Assembly (NCBI GenBank): GCA_000004695.1
Contig: CM000151.3
Coordinates: 4,736,001 to 4,800,000 of the forward strand
Origin: Dictyostelium discoideum
Taxonomy: Eukaryota
DNA length: 64,000 bases
Direction: 5' to 3'
Positions 24,146 through 46,720 of the stretch are shown one piece after another. Position 1 is the first letter of the stretch, and each line of letters opens with the position of its first letter. The notes beneath the pieces were generated by a model that had not been told where the DNA came from, made no database searches, and saw nothing but the letters and a program-made list of their open reading frames with translations. Made by a program: the position numbers and the translations under genes.

Positions 24146-24641
24146 TATTTGTATTTTTATTTATCTCTCTATCTCTTTCTCTCTATCTCTATGAATTTAT
24201 TTAAAAAAAAAAAAAAAAAAATGAAAAAAAAAAAATGAAAAAGAAAAAGAAAAAAAAAAAAAAAAAATGAAAAAAAAAAAAAAAAAAAGTACTCTTTTGA
24301 GAATTTGTTGTGAAATTAAAATTTGATTTATTTATTAAAATAGAAATAAGAAATCACCAAAAAAAATAATATCACTAAAAGATATTTTTTAAACAAAAAA
24401 ATTAAAAAATAATTTTTTTTTTTTTTTTTATTATTATTCACTGGAAAAATTTATTAATTTCCCCAATCTCTTATTTTTTGATTTAATCAATTTTTAATTG
24501 AAAAAATTTCTTAAAATGTGACAAAAACTATTAAAAAATAAGAAATTGATGAAATTTATTAATTTATAATAAAATTTATTAATTTCTTTTTTTTTTCCAG
24601 TGATATCAATATTAATAATATTAATTATCAATTATTATTTA

Positions 24642-26141
24642 TTATCTAAAATATGGAATATAGGATTTAATGATTGAAATACCCCAATGAATTATAGAAC
24701 CAATTGAATAATAAGGATGTAATAGTCTAAAGAATAAATTTACAGTATGTCTTGAGAATTTACCATCAGGGAATAATCTATCCAATACTTCTCTACTTTT
24801 AGTACGAACACTTCTTGGTACATAAGCAGGATATCCAGGTTTAGTTAAAGAGTATAAACAAGATTGTAACTTTACTCTAGTTGTAGGATTTAAATTCCAA
24901 CCTTCACCAAATACTAAACATTTTTCAATATATCTAATTAAAGTTTCCTCTCTCTTTATTAATGAAACATGTTTAATTATACCTCGTACAAATAAATCAT
25001 CAGGTGATAATATTAAATTTGTACCACCACCACCACCACTACCACCACTGTTATTATTGTTATTATTATTAGTATTATTAAATAGTTTCTTTTGACTTAT
25101 ATCTAAAATAAAATCTTGATATTGTTTATTAATTATTGATCTAAATTCATTGATTTGATCATTAGTTCTTTCATAATAAAAATAGAATACAGATACTATA
25201 TGATAAAAGTCAATCCAAATTCTACGATTTCTTAAAAGATTTGATCTTTGAATGTCAGGATCACCAGCTTGATTGGATTTGATTGATGCTTCATTTAAAC
25301 CATTCCAAAGAGAACAATCCAATAGTTTTTGTTTAATAGTTTGATAAACATGATAATACTTTCTAGTATAATGATCACAATCATACCAAAACAATCGATT
25401 CGATGCTTTTATCAATACATTCAATTGACTAATTAATGATAATCTATACTCTAACAACCATGAATAAAACATTGATGAATAAATTAAATAAAACCATTGA
25501 TTATTCGTCCATAATGAATATAATAATGGTCTAAATGGTTCAACCTTATCTGGATTATTTATAAAATATTGTGATATTAATTGGTAATAATAAATTTCAC
25601 CACTACCTGATGATGATGATGTTAATGTTGGTGATGATGAAGATGAAGAATTTACTCCTGATATTGATTGGGATGATGATGAATGACGTAAATTTGATGA
25701 TGATGATGACGCTGATGATGATGTTGTTATTTTTGTCGCTGATTTTGAAGGTGAAGTATCAACATGGTGAGTTGGTGATAAAATTGGGGATTTTTGTTTA
25801 AAAGATCTTTTTGAAAATTGATCTAAACATGGATATGGATAAAATATTGTTGAATGTTGATTTGAATTTACTTTTTCAATATCTTTTTCATCAAATGTTG
25901 TTAGATATTCAAATACTGGTTCATCAAGTTCCAAACTAATATCTTTGAAAATCTCTTCAATGATTCTATCTTTTTGAGAGGTTGATAAATCATCAGATGC
26001 TGCTTTCTTTAATGTATTCAATACTTTTTGTATAATTTTACCAATAAATAAATTCCTTTTCTCTGATAAACTCTTTTGAAATGCATTTATATTATCATTT
26101 ATTGGTAAACTATTTGATGATGTTGATATTGATATTGAAGG

Positions 26142-26220
<79 letters not shown>

Positions 26221-27155
26221 GGTGGTGGTGATGTGGTTGTTGTATTTACATTATTATTATTATCATCAACATTACTACCACTATTAGAATTTAAGGAAGA
26301 TGAGGAAGCTGATAAATTTGATACATTTAAACTTGCCTCAACTACATCAGCTATATCTTCACCAACATCTTTACTACTGCTACTTCCAACTAAATCCCTT
26401 TTTGAGATATCACGTGGTAATATAGATGGTGTTGATGGACCAATACTACCCTGTATATTATTTAAATTTGTATTTATAAAAGCTGCTGAAGATAATGTAA
26501 TTGGTGTTGTATTTGTTGTTGTTGTTTTTGTTGAAATGGTTGTGGGAGTATCATCTCTTTCATCATCACCCTCTTCGAAATGTCTACTATTATTATTTTT
26601 ATTATTATCGTCATCATTATCGTCATCGCCGTCGTCGTCGTTGCAATTATTATTAATATTTTTATTTTTAAAAATTTCACTACTACTATTTATCTCTTCA
26701 ATATTATTTCCAAATAATTGTTCTTTATTTACATAATCATCATTATCATTATCTAAATCAGTTGGAAAAGTTGGAAATATTGAATGAGGTGGATATATTT
26801 TATTATTTTTATTATTTATTTTATCTTGATTTCTTAATTCTTCTTTAACTTTTTTTAAGATTTTACTTGTTTCTGTGTCACTATCTGTTGTATATGTGTC
26901 ACTAATATTACTACTATTATTGTTTTGGTGTTCATGACTACCACTATTATTATCATTATTATTATTATTATTATTACTTTCATTTATTAAGAATTGAACT
27001 ACTTTATGAGGTGGTGGACCTGGTGTTATATGATCATAATCGTTATATTCTTCTATTGTTGGAATATCTTCCTTATTGTTATTGTTATTATTATTATTAT
27101 TGTGGTTATCATTCATGATTTCATTATTATCTTTATTTTTATTATTAATACCCAT
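24642..27155 (-). CDS. Hypothetical protein, 837 aa. Low-complexity N-terminal half (poly-N, 28-Q tract, S-rich) and a conserved-looking ~350-aa C-terminal globular region of unknown family.
   Basis: A single continuous ATG..TAA ORF. A (CAA)n repeat (plus-strand TTG, 26142..26220) encodes the polyQ. The C-terminus is not low-complexity (...PLLYSLWTNNQWFYLIYSSMFYSWLLEYRLSLISQLNVLIKASNRLFWYDCDHYTRKYYHVYQ...GYPAYVPRSVRTKSREVLDRLFPDGKFSRHTVNLFFRLLHPYY...). Confidence 0.65.
26142..26220 (-). repeat. Coding (CAA)n of ~26 units, giving the polyQ in the 837-aa protein.
   Basis: Plus strand ttgttgttg... Confidence 0.9.
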
Positions 27156-27950
27156 TTTATTAAACTACGTAATTTAATGAATATATTAATATTATTATAA
27201 GTGTGTGTATATATGAGTAAAAAAAAAAAATAAAAAAAAAATAAAATAAAATAAAATAAAAAAAATAAAAAAAAATTAAAAAAATAAAAAATAAAAAATT
27301 GTGTAAATTAATGTGAATGCACTAAATTAATTAAATTGTGCAAATATTGGAAGAGGCATGATGAAAATAAAATTTTTAAAAAAAAAAAAACAATATTAGT
27401 TTTTTTATTTTTTTTTATTTTTTTTATTTTCTTATTTTTTTTTTATTTTTTTTATTGTTTTTTTTAATTTTCCTACTAAAGGAAATTTTAAATCTTATTG
27501 TCATTTTTAAAAAAAAAATAAAAAATAATATAATAAACAATTTTTTAAAATTCATTTGTTTTTTTGAAAAAATAAAAATCATTTTTTTTTAATTTTTTTT
27601 TATTAATTTTTTGTTTATTTATTAAATAAACAAAAAAAAATAAGTTTAAACAAATAATCTAAATTATTTCTGTTTTTTTTTTTCAAACATTTTAAAAAAA
27701 AAAAAAAAAAAATAATGAGTCATTAAAAATAATGAGTGGTTAATGCAAAATACATACGATCTGACATTGCAACTTTCAATTTCTAAAAATATCCTACCAC
27801 GCCAATTTTAAATTTTTTTTTTTTTTTTTTTATTATTTATTTTTTTTTTATTTTTTTTTTTTTTTTTTTAATTCACCATTTTTTTATATTTTTATAATTT
27901 TTTTTTTTTTTTTTATTTTAGAAAATTAAATACAATTTAATAATAAAACC
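27156..27950. promoter_or_regulatory. ~800-bp divergent (bidirectional) promoter region between the minus-strand 837-aa gene and the plus-strand Kelch-BTB gene.
   Basis: The two start codons face away from each other at 27155 (-) and 27951 (+). The spacer is >90 % A/T with oligo(dA)/oligo(dT) blocks typical of Dictyostelium promoters. Confidence 0.5.
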
Positions 27951-29899
27951 ATGGCTAGAACTAATAATGAAAATAATAATAATAACAATGAAGAATCAGA
28001 ATCAGGGTCATCAACACCACCAAATATTGAATTAGATCAAGCACCAATTGTAAATTGGAAAATAATTGCAACTGCCAACACTCCAACCCCAAGATTTGGT
28101 AAGTTGTTTTTTTTAAAATTTTTTATTTATTTTAAAACACTTGATTTTAAAAAATTAAATATTTAATTTATTAATCTCTCTCCCCCCCTGTCTCTATTTT
28201 ATTAGATAATACATTAGTATATTATAATAAATTTTTATATAGTTATGGTGGATCAGAGAATTCAATTAATGGTGGATTTCAACAATTTGTAAAATTAGAT
28301 TTATCAACATTCCAATGGCAAACATTACCAGCACCAGCAAGAACTAGAATTGTACATACATCAGTGATTCATGGTGATTGTATGTACGTATTTGGTGGAG
28401 GTGTTTATGAAGATGTTAGAACTTCATTCCTTGGTGGTACAACTAAAGTATTTAAAACAATTAATGAACTTTGGAAATTTGAATTCCTTCAAAATCAGTG
28501 GACTCAAATTCTATCGAATGCAATCCAACAAACCACTGTACCATCACAATCAATGATAAATGAATCATTGAATAACCCAGAGCCAAGAGATGGTCATTGT
28601 GCAGTTGTAGTCGGTGATAATATGTATATCATTGGTGGTAGTCAAACTATTTCAACCAATAATTCAATTAGTTCAGTATTCTTTACAAATACTAAAATTT
28701 ACAATATTACCACCAATACATGGAGATCTGTAATCTCACCAGAATTTGGTAGATTAGGTTCTGCTGTCGTTTACAAGCATTTAGATGGTACAAAATGTAT
28801 TTACTTTTTCGGTGGTTATGGTTTAGACAGTAATCCAACAAATAAACTCTATAAATTCGATATAGAATCTGAAGAATGGGTAGAAGTTATACCAAAGAAA
28901 TCAACTTCACCATCGACATCAACATCGACATCAACAGTAGATGATATTGTAATAATACCAGAATCAAGATATGGTCATAGTGCAAATGTATTTCAAGATA
29001 AAATGTTAGTTTATGGTGGATATTCTAAAAAGAAGGGATTCCTTAGAGATTTTTATTCATTTGATTTCGATAAAGAAGAATGGAAACAAATTTTAACTGA
29101 AGGACCACCAAGAAGAAGAAGACATAGTACAGTTTTAATTGAAAATTTCGATGGTTCAAATAAACCAAAATTATTCTTATATGGTGGTTCATATCAATCA
29201 TGTCTATATAATGATCTTTGGGAATACTCTTTCCCAAATCCAGTTCAAATTCCATCGGATAATTTAATTGAAGATTTTTCAACATTATTTAAAAATGCAA
29301 AACAATATTTTAGTGATATTTGTTTTTCATTAGAATCAACTGAATTAGTTGGAGATGAAAATGATAATAATAATAATTCAAATAATAATTCAAAACCTAC
29401 AATTGTAACAAAAGAAATTTATGCACATAAAAATATTTTATCAGTTAGAAGTCAATATTTTTATTCATTATTTAATAGTGGGTTAAAAGAATCATTTGAA
29501 AAAGTTATTAAAATTAATGAAAGATATGAAGATTTTAAAATTTTTATTGAATTCCTTTATAGTGGAAATGAAGATTTAGTTTTATTAGAAAATTGTATTG
29601 GTATTTTATATTTATCAGATCTTTATTGTGTACCAAGATTAAAAACAATTTGTGAAGCAAAAGCAACTGAAGGTATTGATTGTGAAACTGTTGTTCAAAT
29701 CTTTAAAGAAGCTGATAGCTTTAAATTGGCAAAATTAAGAAAACTTTGTTTAAATTTCATTGCTCGTAATCATAAAGAATTAGTTAAACAAGGTTCATTA
29801 AATCAATTATCACCAAGTGTTTTAATTGAAATTATGGATTATTTATCAAGTTCATCAACATCAACATCAACATCAACATCAACATCAACAACCAATTAA
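27951..29899 (+). CDS. Kelch-repeat + C-terminal BTB/POZ protein (LZTR1-like architecture), 613 aa. Two exons: 27951..28098 and 28206..29899.
   Basis: Exon 1 ends ...TPTPRF+g, followed by GTAAGT at 28099. The acceptor is ttttattAG at 28204-28205. The phase-1 join gives ...PRFDNTLVYYNKFLYSYGGS..., a canonical kelch blade. At least 5 blades are present (HGDCMYVFGGG, DGHCAVVVGDNMYIIGG, GSAVVYKH..IYFFGGYG, GHSANVFQDKMLVYGGY, RHSTVLIEN..LFLYGGS). A BTB domain follows (...IYAHKNILSVRSQYFYSLFNSGLKES...FKIFIEFLYSGNEDL...), then an ST-repeat tail. The intron is 107 bp. Confidence 0.85.
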
Positions 29900-30015
29900 T
29901 TAATATGTTAAAAAAATAAATAAAAATAAAAATAAAAAATAAATAAAAATTGTATTTATACTTTAGAAATAATAATAATAATAAAAATAATAGTTTATTT
30001 ATATATATATTTATT

Positions 30016-31731
30016 TTAAATTTCTGGTGAAAAGTTTTTAACCATATCCCAATAATGAGGTACATTATGTTCTTGTAAATATTTTCTTGCTTGTGATTCT
30101 AACGGTGAGATTTCATAGTTAAAACCTTTGAAATGAGCTTCAAGAATTGGACCAGTCCAAACAAGATGACAAGAATTTGGTGTACCTTCAGGTGGTTTTG
30201 GATAAAGGTCACTATTATTTTGATGTTTTGTTTGTTGTTCTGGATCACTTTGTTTAATTGGTGGTGGGTTATCCCAATCTATACGATTTAATAAGAGTTT
30301 TTTAAATTTCTTTTGAATTTTTAAACCACCCTCAAAAGCAATCAAGTTACAAGATGGATGAAAAATTATACAACCTGTTGCCAAATTCTCTTTTGAATTT
30401 CTACCAATGATTGAACGATAAAGTGGATGTGATAAATCCACAACTTTATAGAGTGAACAATATAGCTCTTGTTTAGCATCGATTAAGATTTTATCACGTT
30501 TTTTCTCTTTTCTTTGCTCTGGTGTTAACTTATTCTCTTGATTCTTTTTATCACGAGCTGCAGCTCTTTCTTCCATTTTCTTTGTTACCTCTAATAGAGC
30601 TTTGGTGGGATCTAATACAGCTTGAGTGCCAATTACTCTCATTAGATTACTAAGTTTAACTTTATTCTCTGGTGGTGCCTCCATACCATTCATAATTCTC
30701 TCTTGACGTTCTCTAGCTTCTTCAGCTCTTCTTTGCTTTCTCATTTTCTTCTTCTCCTTTGTTAATAATAAAAAGTCGGGTCTTATTGGTGGAGGTGTTG
30801 TATCTTTTAATTGAATCTTTGTTTTAATTTTAACTGGATGTTCAATGTATCCCCAATATTCTGAATTTATAATTTTATTTTTTAATTCTTGATTAAAGTT
30901 ATTATTATCATCATTAAGATAATTACAATTTAATATAATTTTATTTAATTCATTAATTTGATTTTCTTTTATGTTTTCATCTTCAGTATTATTTAAATTA
31001 TTTTGAATTTCATCTTTTAATATATCATTATCCCACCATTCAATTGAAGGTACTTCAGATATTGATATAATAGTTTCCATTGATTCTGTATTCTTTTTAG
31101 CATTTAATGAATTTAATTCAACTTGTTTTTTCATTTCCTCTGCTAATGCTTGTGATCTTAATTTATCTGCTTTTTTACTATATCTACCTGGTTGGATGAA
31201 TGTAAATGAATTTAATTTCTTTTTTTTATCATTTGAAACTTTAATACGTGGATCAAAAAACATTTCATTTTCTCCTGCTGCTTCTGTTGTTGTTGTTGTT
31301 GTTGTTTCTTCATCTTTATTATCCTTAGTTATAATAGTTGGTTGTTCAACTTTTGTTGCTATGGTTGGTGTTGGTATTGATGTTTGTGCAGTAGTAACAT
31401 TTTGATCTATACTAATAATATTATTTAATTCTTGTTTACTCTTTAAAATTTTTTCTCTTAATTCTCTCTTTTTTCTTTCAATTGCTGTTTCTTCTTTTGG
31501 TGGTTGAGCTGATGTGGATGTAGATGTAGATGTAGATGTTGATGTTGATGTTGATGCTGATGTACCATTATTATTATTATTATTATTGTTGTTGTTGTTG
31601 TTGTTGTTGTTGTTTTTGATAGTGGAAATACTATCAATATCATTTGACGATTTTAATTTTTTATCCTGTTGCTGAAGTTGCTCAGTGTCGTCTCCATCAT
31701 GAAACTTTCTTTTATTAGGTGTTGACGACAT
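30016..31731 (-). CDS. U4/U6 small nuclear ribonucleoprotein Prp3 (PRPF3 homologue), 571 aa, single exon. It has the PRP3 and DUF1115 regions but no N-terminal PWI domain.
   Basis: ATG..stop ORF. Strong colinear similarity to the human PRPF3 C-terminal two-thirds: FFDPRIKVS (FFDPRVSIA), EWWD, KKKMRKQRRAEEARERQE, VKLSNLMRVIGTQAVLDPTKA ([21 protein letters not shown]), KLTPEQRKEKK, EGGLKIQKKFKKLLLNRIDWD ([21 protein letters not shown]), CHLVWTG (CVLVWEG), HYWDMV (HYWDLA). Upstream of the ATG is A/T spacer running to the next gene. Confidence 0.85.
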   Translation of the reverse strand: MSSTPNKRKFHDGDDTEQLQQQDKKLKSSNDIDSISTIKNNNNNNNNNNNNNNNNGTSASTSTSTSTSTSTSTSAQPPKEETAIERKKRELREKILKSKQELNNIISIDQNVTTAQTSIPTPTIATKVEQPTIITKDNKDEETTTTTTTEAAGENEMFFDPRIKVSNDKKKKLNSFTFIQPGRYSKKADKLRSQALAEEMKKQVELNSLNAKKNTESMETIISISEVPSIEWWDNDILKDEIQNNLNNTEDENIKENQINELNKIILNCNYLNDDNNNFNQELKNKIINSEYWGYIEHPVKIKTKIQLKDTTPPPIRPDFLLLTKEKKKMRKQRRAEEARERQERIMNGMEAPPENKVKLSNLMRVIGTQAVLDPTKALLEVTKKMEERAAARDKKNQENKLTPEQRKEKKRDKILIDAKQELYCSLYKVVDLSHPLYRSIIGRNSKENLATGCIIFHPSCNLIAFEGGLKIQKKFKKLLLNRIDWDNPPPIKQSDPEQQTKHQNNSDLYPKPPEGTPNSCHLVWTGPILEAHFKGFNYEISPLESQARKYLQEHNVPHYWDMVKNFSPEI

Positions 31732-31849
31732 TGATGTTGTTTGTATTTGTGGTTATTATTATTATTATTATTATATTATTGTTGTTGTTGTCGTTGGGAA
31801 AATATATTTTTATTTTTTTAATCGTTTAATTTATTTCATAAAATTTATG

Positions 31850-31892
<43 letters not shown>

Positions 31893-32103
31893 ATTGACAA
31901 AAAAAAAGATATTGACAAAAATAAAAATTTGTGGGATTTATAAAAAAAAAATTGAAAATGAAAATTAAAAATTATTAAGTTTGGGGAAATGTAAATAAAT
32001 CTTTTTAAAATTTTATTTATTTTTTTTTTAACTTTTAATTTATTTTTAATATATACATTAGTTTTATTTGTTTTTATTTATGTTTTTTTTTAAGTATTTA
32101 TAA

Positions 32104-37452
<5,349 letters not shown>

Positions 37453-37454
37453 TG

Positions 37455-37612
<158 letters not shown>

Positions 37613-38046
37613 TATTATTATTATATCAATTATGGAATTATTTTATTATTATTATTATTATTATTTTATTACTATTTTTATAATTATTATTATTAATTAC
37701 TGCTATTATTTTTAATAATCTTATTAATATTATTTAATTTAAAAAGTATTTATTTATTTATTTTATTTGTTATTTATTTATTTTATTTTTTATTTATTTA
37801 TTTATTTATTTTAATATACAATATGGGTTGCTACTATTATTATTATTTTTTTTTTTTTTTTTTTTTTTAAAGTGTTTAATTTTAAAATTAAATGTTTTTT
37901 TTTTATTAGTATCTGTGTATTTATATATATATATATTATTTATTTTTATTTTTTTTTTTTATTTTTTTTTTTTTGTGTGTATTTCATAAAAATATTATTA
38001 TAATTTTATGGGTTTATGTGATGTTATTGTTATTTATTATATGATG

Positions 38047-38084
<38 letters not shown>

Positions 38085-38247
38085 AATTGATGTGGGATTG
38101 TATTTGTGTTGTGTTTTGAAGGATATGTCAACCAATATATCTTTATTAAAAAAATAAAAAATTTAAAATTAAAATTAACAAAAATAAATAAAAAAAAAAA
38201 AAAGTTATTTTTCAAATTATAAAATTTTTTTTTTTTTTTTTTTTTTT

Positions 38248-38281
<34 letters not shown>

Positions 38282-40049
38282 TTGATCTCTATGAAGCGAT
38301 TTTTTGTGTTGTTTTTCTTTTTAGATCAGCATATTATTTTTATTTTTTTTATTTTTATTTTTTTTTTTAATATTAAGGTAAAGGGGGTAGATGTATTATG
38401 ATTTTGATATTGATAACTAGAGAGTATGCTTAGATTTGAATTAATGTTATTTTTATAACTATACTACTACTATTACTACTATTCACTACTACCCTCATCA
38501 ATATAAATAGAGACCGATGATGTGATATAATTAACCTTTAATCAAATTCATAAGTGAATGTGTTTTTTATTTTATTTTTATTTTTTATTTTTTATTTTTT
38601 TATTTTTTATTATTATTTCTATTTTTTTATTTTTTTTATTTCTATTTTTATTTTCCTTTCTTTTAATTTATTTTATTTTTTGTTGTTGTTGTTGTTGTTG
38701 TGGTTTTGTGTGTGTGAGTGCGAAAACTTTTATTTAAAAAATTACCTTTATAACTTTGTGTTTTATGTGTATTATGAGTGTGGAAAAGATCTTTTAATTT
38801 TTTTTTTTTTTTTTTAATTGAAAAACTTAATATATACACAAAAGAAAAAAAAAAATTTTAAAATTTAAGAAAAAAAAAAAAAAGGAAAACAAAAAAAAAA
38901 AAAAGATTTCTTTTTTTTTTTTTTTTGATTATTTTTTTTAACCTGTTTTTTAAAATTTTTTGGTATAAATAAAAAAAAAAAAAAAATTGTTTAGTGTCGG
39001 AATGTTATCCGTTTTGAGAAAAAAAAAAAAAAATAAATGAAAATAAAAATAAAAATATATTTTACAAAAAAAAAAAAAAAAAAAAATAAAAAAAATAACA
39101 AAAATAAAAAAAAATTAAAATAAAAAAACTTTTGGACCTAAAATATTTATTTTTTTTTATTTTTTTTTTATTTTTTTTTTTATTTTCAAGGCAATAATTA
39201 TTTAAATACTTTTTAGTGATAGAAAAAAAAAAAAAAGAAATCATAATTGACAAGTCATATTTTATTTCAATTTAAAAATAATATATAACATCAGATCCTA
39301 AAAAAAAAATAAAAAAATAAAAAAATAAAAAAATAAAAAAATAAAATAAAATAAAATAGAATAAAATAAAATAAAAATTTTTTAAAAAAGGAGTTTATAA
39401 AAACGTAATTTATTTTTTATTGTTATTTTTATTTTAATTTTTTTGTTATTATTATTTTTTTTCTTTTTCTTTGATAGGAAAAAAAAAAAAAAAAAAAAAT
39501 ATGATCACAATAGATATATACATCATTATTACATTATTTTATATCACATTTATCAATAAGATAATTACCTTTTTATTATTATTATTTTTTTTTTTTTATT
39601 ATTATTTTTTTTATTATTATTATTATTTTTTCTATTTTTATTATTATTATTATTATTATTTTTTCTATTTTTTTTTATTATTATTTTATTTAAAAACCCC
39701 CCTGCCTTAGAAAGGAAATGATAATAAAACCAATGGTTTTTAATAATTTACAAAAAAAAAAAAAAATTAAATTTATGAAGATTGATTCAATTAATTTTTT
39801 TTTAGATCATTTTACAAATTAATTTTTTTTTATTTTTATTTTTATTTTGATTTTGATTTTGATTAAAAAAAAAAAAAAAATAAAAATAAAAAAGAAATCA
39901 ACTTTAAAGATTTAAAAATAAAAAAAGATATCAAATTTTATTTTATTTTATTTTATTTTTTTCTAACTGATTTTTTTAATTAATAGTAATTAACAACTTT
40001 ACCATTTATTTTTTTTTAATACTCATTGCTTTAAAAAATTCATTATTGT

Positions 40050-40085
<36 letters not shown>

Positions 40086-40105
40086 AATATTTTTTTTTTT
40101 TATTA

Positions 40106-40968
40106 TTAATCATTATTATTATTAATATCAATAGTTTGACTATCATCTAAAGGTTGTTGAGATTGTTGTAATGGTTGTTCACTATTTGTTGATATTGATA
40201 TTGAAACATTTGGTTGTGATAAAATTACAGGATTTTGAGAATTTTGTCTACTTGAATATTCAGATTTAAGTTGTTGTTGAGAATATTTTGATTTACTTAC
40301 ACTTGAACTTTCATTATCAACATTGAATGAACTTAAATCAATTTCTAAATTTGCACCAGAATTTTTAATATTACTATTTGAATCATTAAGTGAACCTGCA
40401 CTAGAATTTGAATCTTTTGCAACTTTTTGAAATAAAAAGTAATTTTTCCAATGAGTGCCATCATCAGCCAATGCAACCATCACAACTATACATTGTGGGA
40501 ATTCCAATATGAATGTAACGAAAATTGCAGCATAACGATAATTTGAGTGTGTTGAAATCTTTGAAATCGCTACAACAATCTCTCTAACAATTAATCCTAA
40601 AACAATGAAAATTAAAATCAATGATAATCTTATAGTTCTTGCAATTGTTTTTTGAAATGTTTTAGATTTCTTATCTTGTTTTCTTAAATTTTTAATTAAA
40701 AAGAATCCATTTATAATTAAAAATGTACCCAACAATGCAACCATACAAATAAATCCTTTCCCACTAATTGATGCAACATATTGTGAATCATATTGACTAA
40801 TTAATATCATTAAAATTGTATTCCATGCAAATAATATCACTACAATTCCCCATGCTGAATACCATGTTTTTTTAATATTACCCAATGCTATCTTTTTACT
40901 TGAAAAAAATGTATATAATAATCTAACCCAAAAACAACCAATAAAAATCCTTTTTTTTTTAAATAAAG

Positions 40969-40999
<31 letters not shown>

Positions 41000-41118
41000 A
41001 TATTAATATATTTATTAAAATTAAAAAAAAAAAAAAAAAAAGGATTAAAAAATATCAAAACAAAAAAAAAAAACCTTTCCATTTTTGTTTTTTTAAAAAC
41101 CAAGGGTTTAAGTTTTTT

Positions 41119-41185
<67 letters not shown>

Positions 41186-41535
41186 TAAAATAATAATAAT
41201 AATGATAAATACCATTCAGTTGATAAAAACAAAGTTCCCCATATTACCAAATACCAACTTGGACTACCAGTTCTAGAGTTATGAAAACCTAATGCTAAAA
41301 ATGATTGGATACCTCTACATAATGGAAACAATGTAATACTAACAAATGTAAAAAATCTTGGTGTTGGTTTCCTTCCTTTTCTATATAATGACCTAAATTC
41401 AAAATAGGTTTGAAATAAATTTAAAATGAATAAAATTGAAAATGATACGCCCCTTATTACATAAAATGCTTTAACAACTTCATCATATTCTTTATCGCCA
41501 GTATATGGGAATTCAGCATTGACATCATTTTCCAT
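40106..41535 (-). CDS. Predicted seven-transmembrane membrane protein (GPCR-like topology, family unassigned), about 371 aa. Two exons: 41535..41213 and 40898..40106.
   Basis: Exon 1 (MENDVNAEFPYTGDKEYDEVVKAFYVIRGVSFSILFILNLF...SWYLVIWGTLFLSTE+tg) ends at a GTATTT donor at 41212. The frame of the downstream ORF is open upstream of its TTG pseudo-start. An acceptor tttcaAG at 40900-40899 restores phase 2 (tg+t = Cys), giving ...STECKKIALGNIKKTWYSAWGIVVILFAWNT.... Seven hydrophobic helices can be counted. The C-terminal tail is hydrophilic and S/N/Q-rich. The intron is 314 bp, mostly poly-T, so its boundaries are less certain. Confidence 0.55.
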
Positions 41536-42601
41536 TTTTTTTTTATTTTTTTTATATTTATATTATTTTTTTATTTATTTTTATTTTGATTATTTTTAAA
41601 TTATATTATCTATTTTCAAATTTATTTAATTATTTTATTTTTATTTTTTTTATTATATTTTAATTATTTATTTATTATTATTATTAATTAATTAATTAAT
41701 TTTTTTATTTATTTACTTATTTATTTAATTATTTTTTTTATTTTGTTTTAATAAAAAATAAATAAAATAATTTTTTTTTTTTTTTGACTAAAATTTTATT
41801 TGATCTTCTAATTTACAATACAATAAAATTACTATCTGTAATTTTATTTGATTTTTTTTATTATACAAAAATAAGATTAAAAAAAAAAAAAAAAAAAAAA
41901 AAAGATTTTTAAAAAAAGAAAAAAAAGAAATATAAAAAAAGAAAAAGCTTCTAAAAAAAAAAAAAATAAAAAAAAAAAAATATTTTAATCAAAACAGTTT
42001 TAAAAATAAAAATAAATGATAAAGAGTAAAAAAAATTTCATATCAAATGATTCACCCAAATCATACATTCGATTAGATATTTATAATTTTTTTTTTTCGG
42101 TTAATTATTTTTTTTTAAAAACCACACACGAAAATGTTCATATAAAAAAAAAAACCCTGCATAAAAAAAAAGGTGTTTTTAATGGAAAAAATGAAAAAAA
42201 CCAAAAAATTTAAAATGCGATTTAAAATGAATAAAATTGATAAAATGAAATAAAAAAAAAAATTTAAAATTTAAAAAATTTATAAAAAAAATAAATAAAA
42301 ATAAAATATAAATAATAAAAAATAAAATATAAAGTTTATTAATAAAATATTAATCTTATTAATTTAATTTTAAAATCAAAATATTTTTAACAATTTTTTT
42401 AAAATTTTTAATATAATTCTAAAACTTAATAAAAAAAAATATTAAAATATAAAAAAAATAAAAAAAAATAAAAAAAAAAAAATGAAAAAAAAAAACCATC
42501 AGATTTGGCTGCAAATCAATTCGTTAGTGATGTGAATAATTAAATGATTAATTTTTTAATTTTTTTTGGCAAACCACAAGAAAAACTTTTAAATATCCAA
42601 C

Positions 42602-42639
<38 letters not shown>

Positions 42640-42747
42640 CAAAGCAAGATATTCCCAAATAATTTGACCATTTTTTTTTTTTATTCTGTTTTTAATTTTA
42701 TGGTGGTTTTTAAAATTTTTTTTTTTTATTTTTTTTATTTTATTTTC

Positions 42748-46720
<3,973 letters not shown>

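Noticed and set aside
26233-26736. 167-aa plus-strand ORF and other plus-strand ORFs (25571..25801, 26081..26287, 26994..27200) inside the 837-aa minus-strand gene
   Set aside because: They are antisense to a well-supported gene and consist of poly-V/L/M from CAA/AAT repeats read on the wrong strand.
27951-28166. 71-aa ORF as a standalone gene
   Set aside because: It is exon 1 of the Kelch-BTB gene. It ends at a GTAAGT immediately after the kelch-typical ..TPRFG, and the rest of the ORF is intron read-through.
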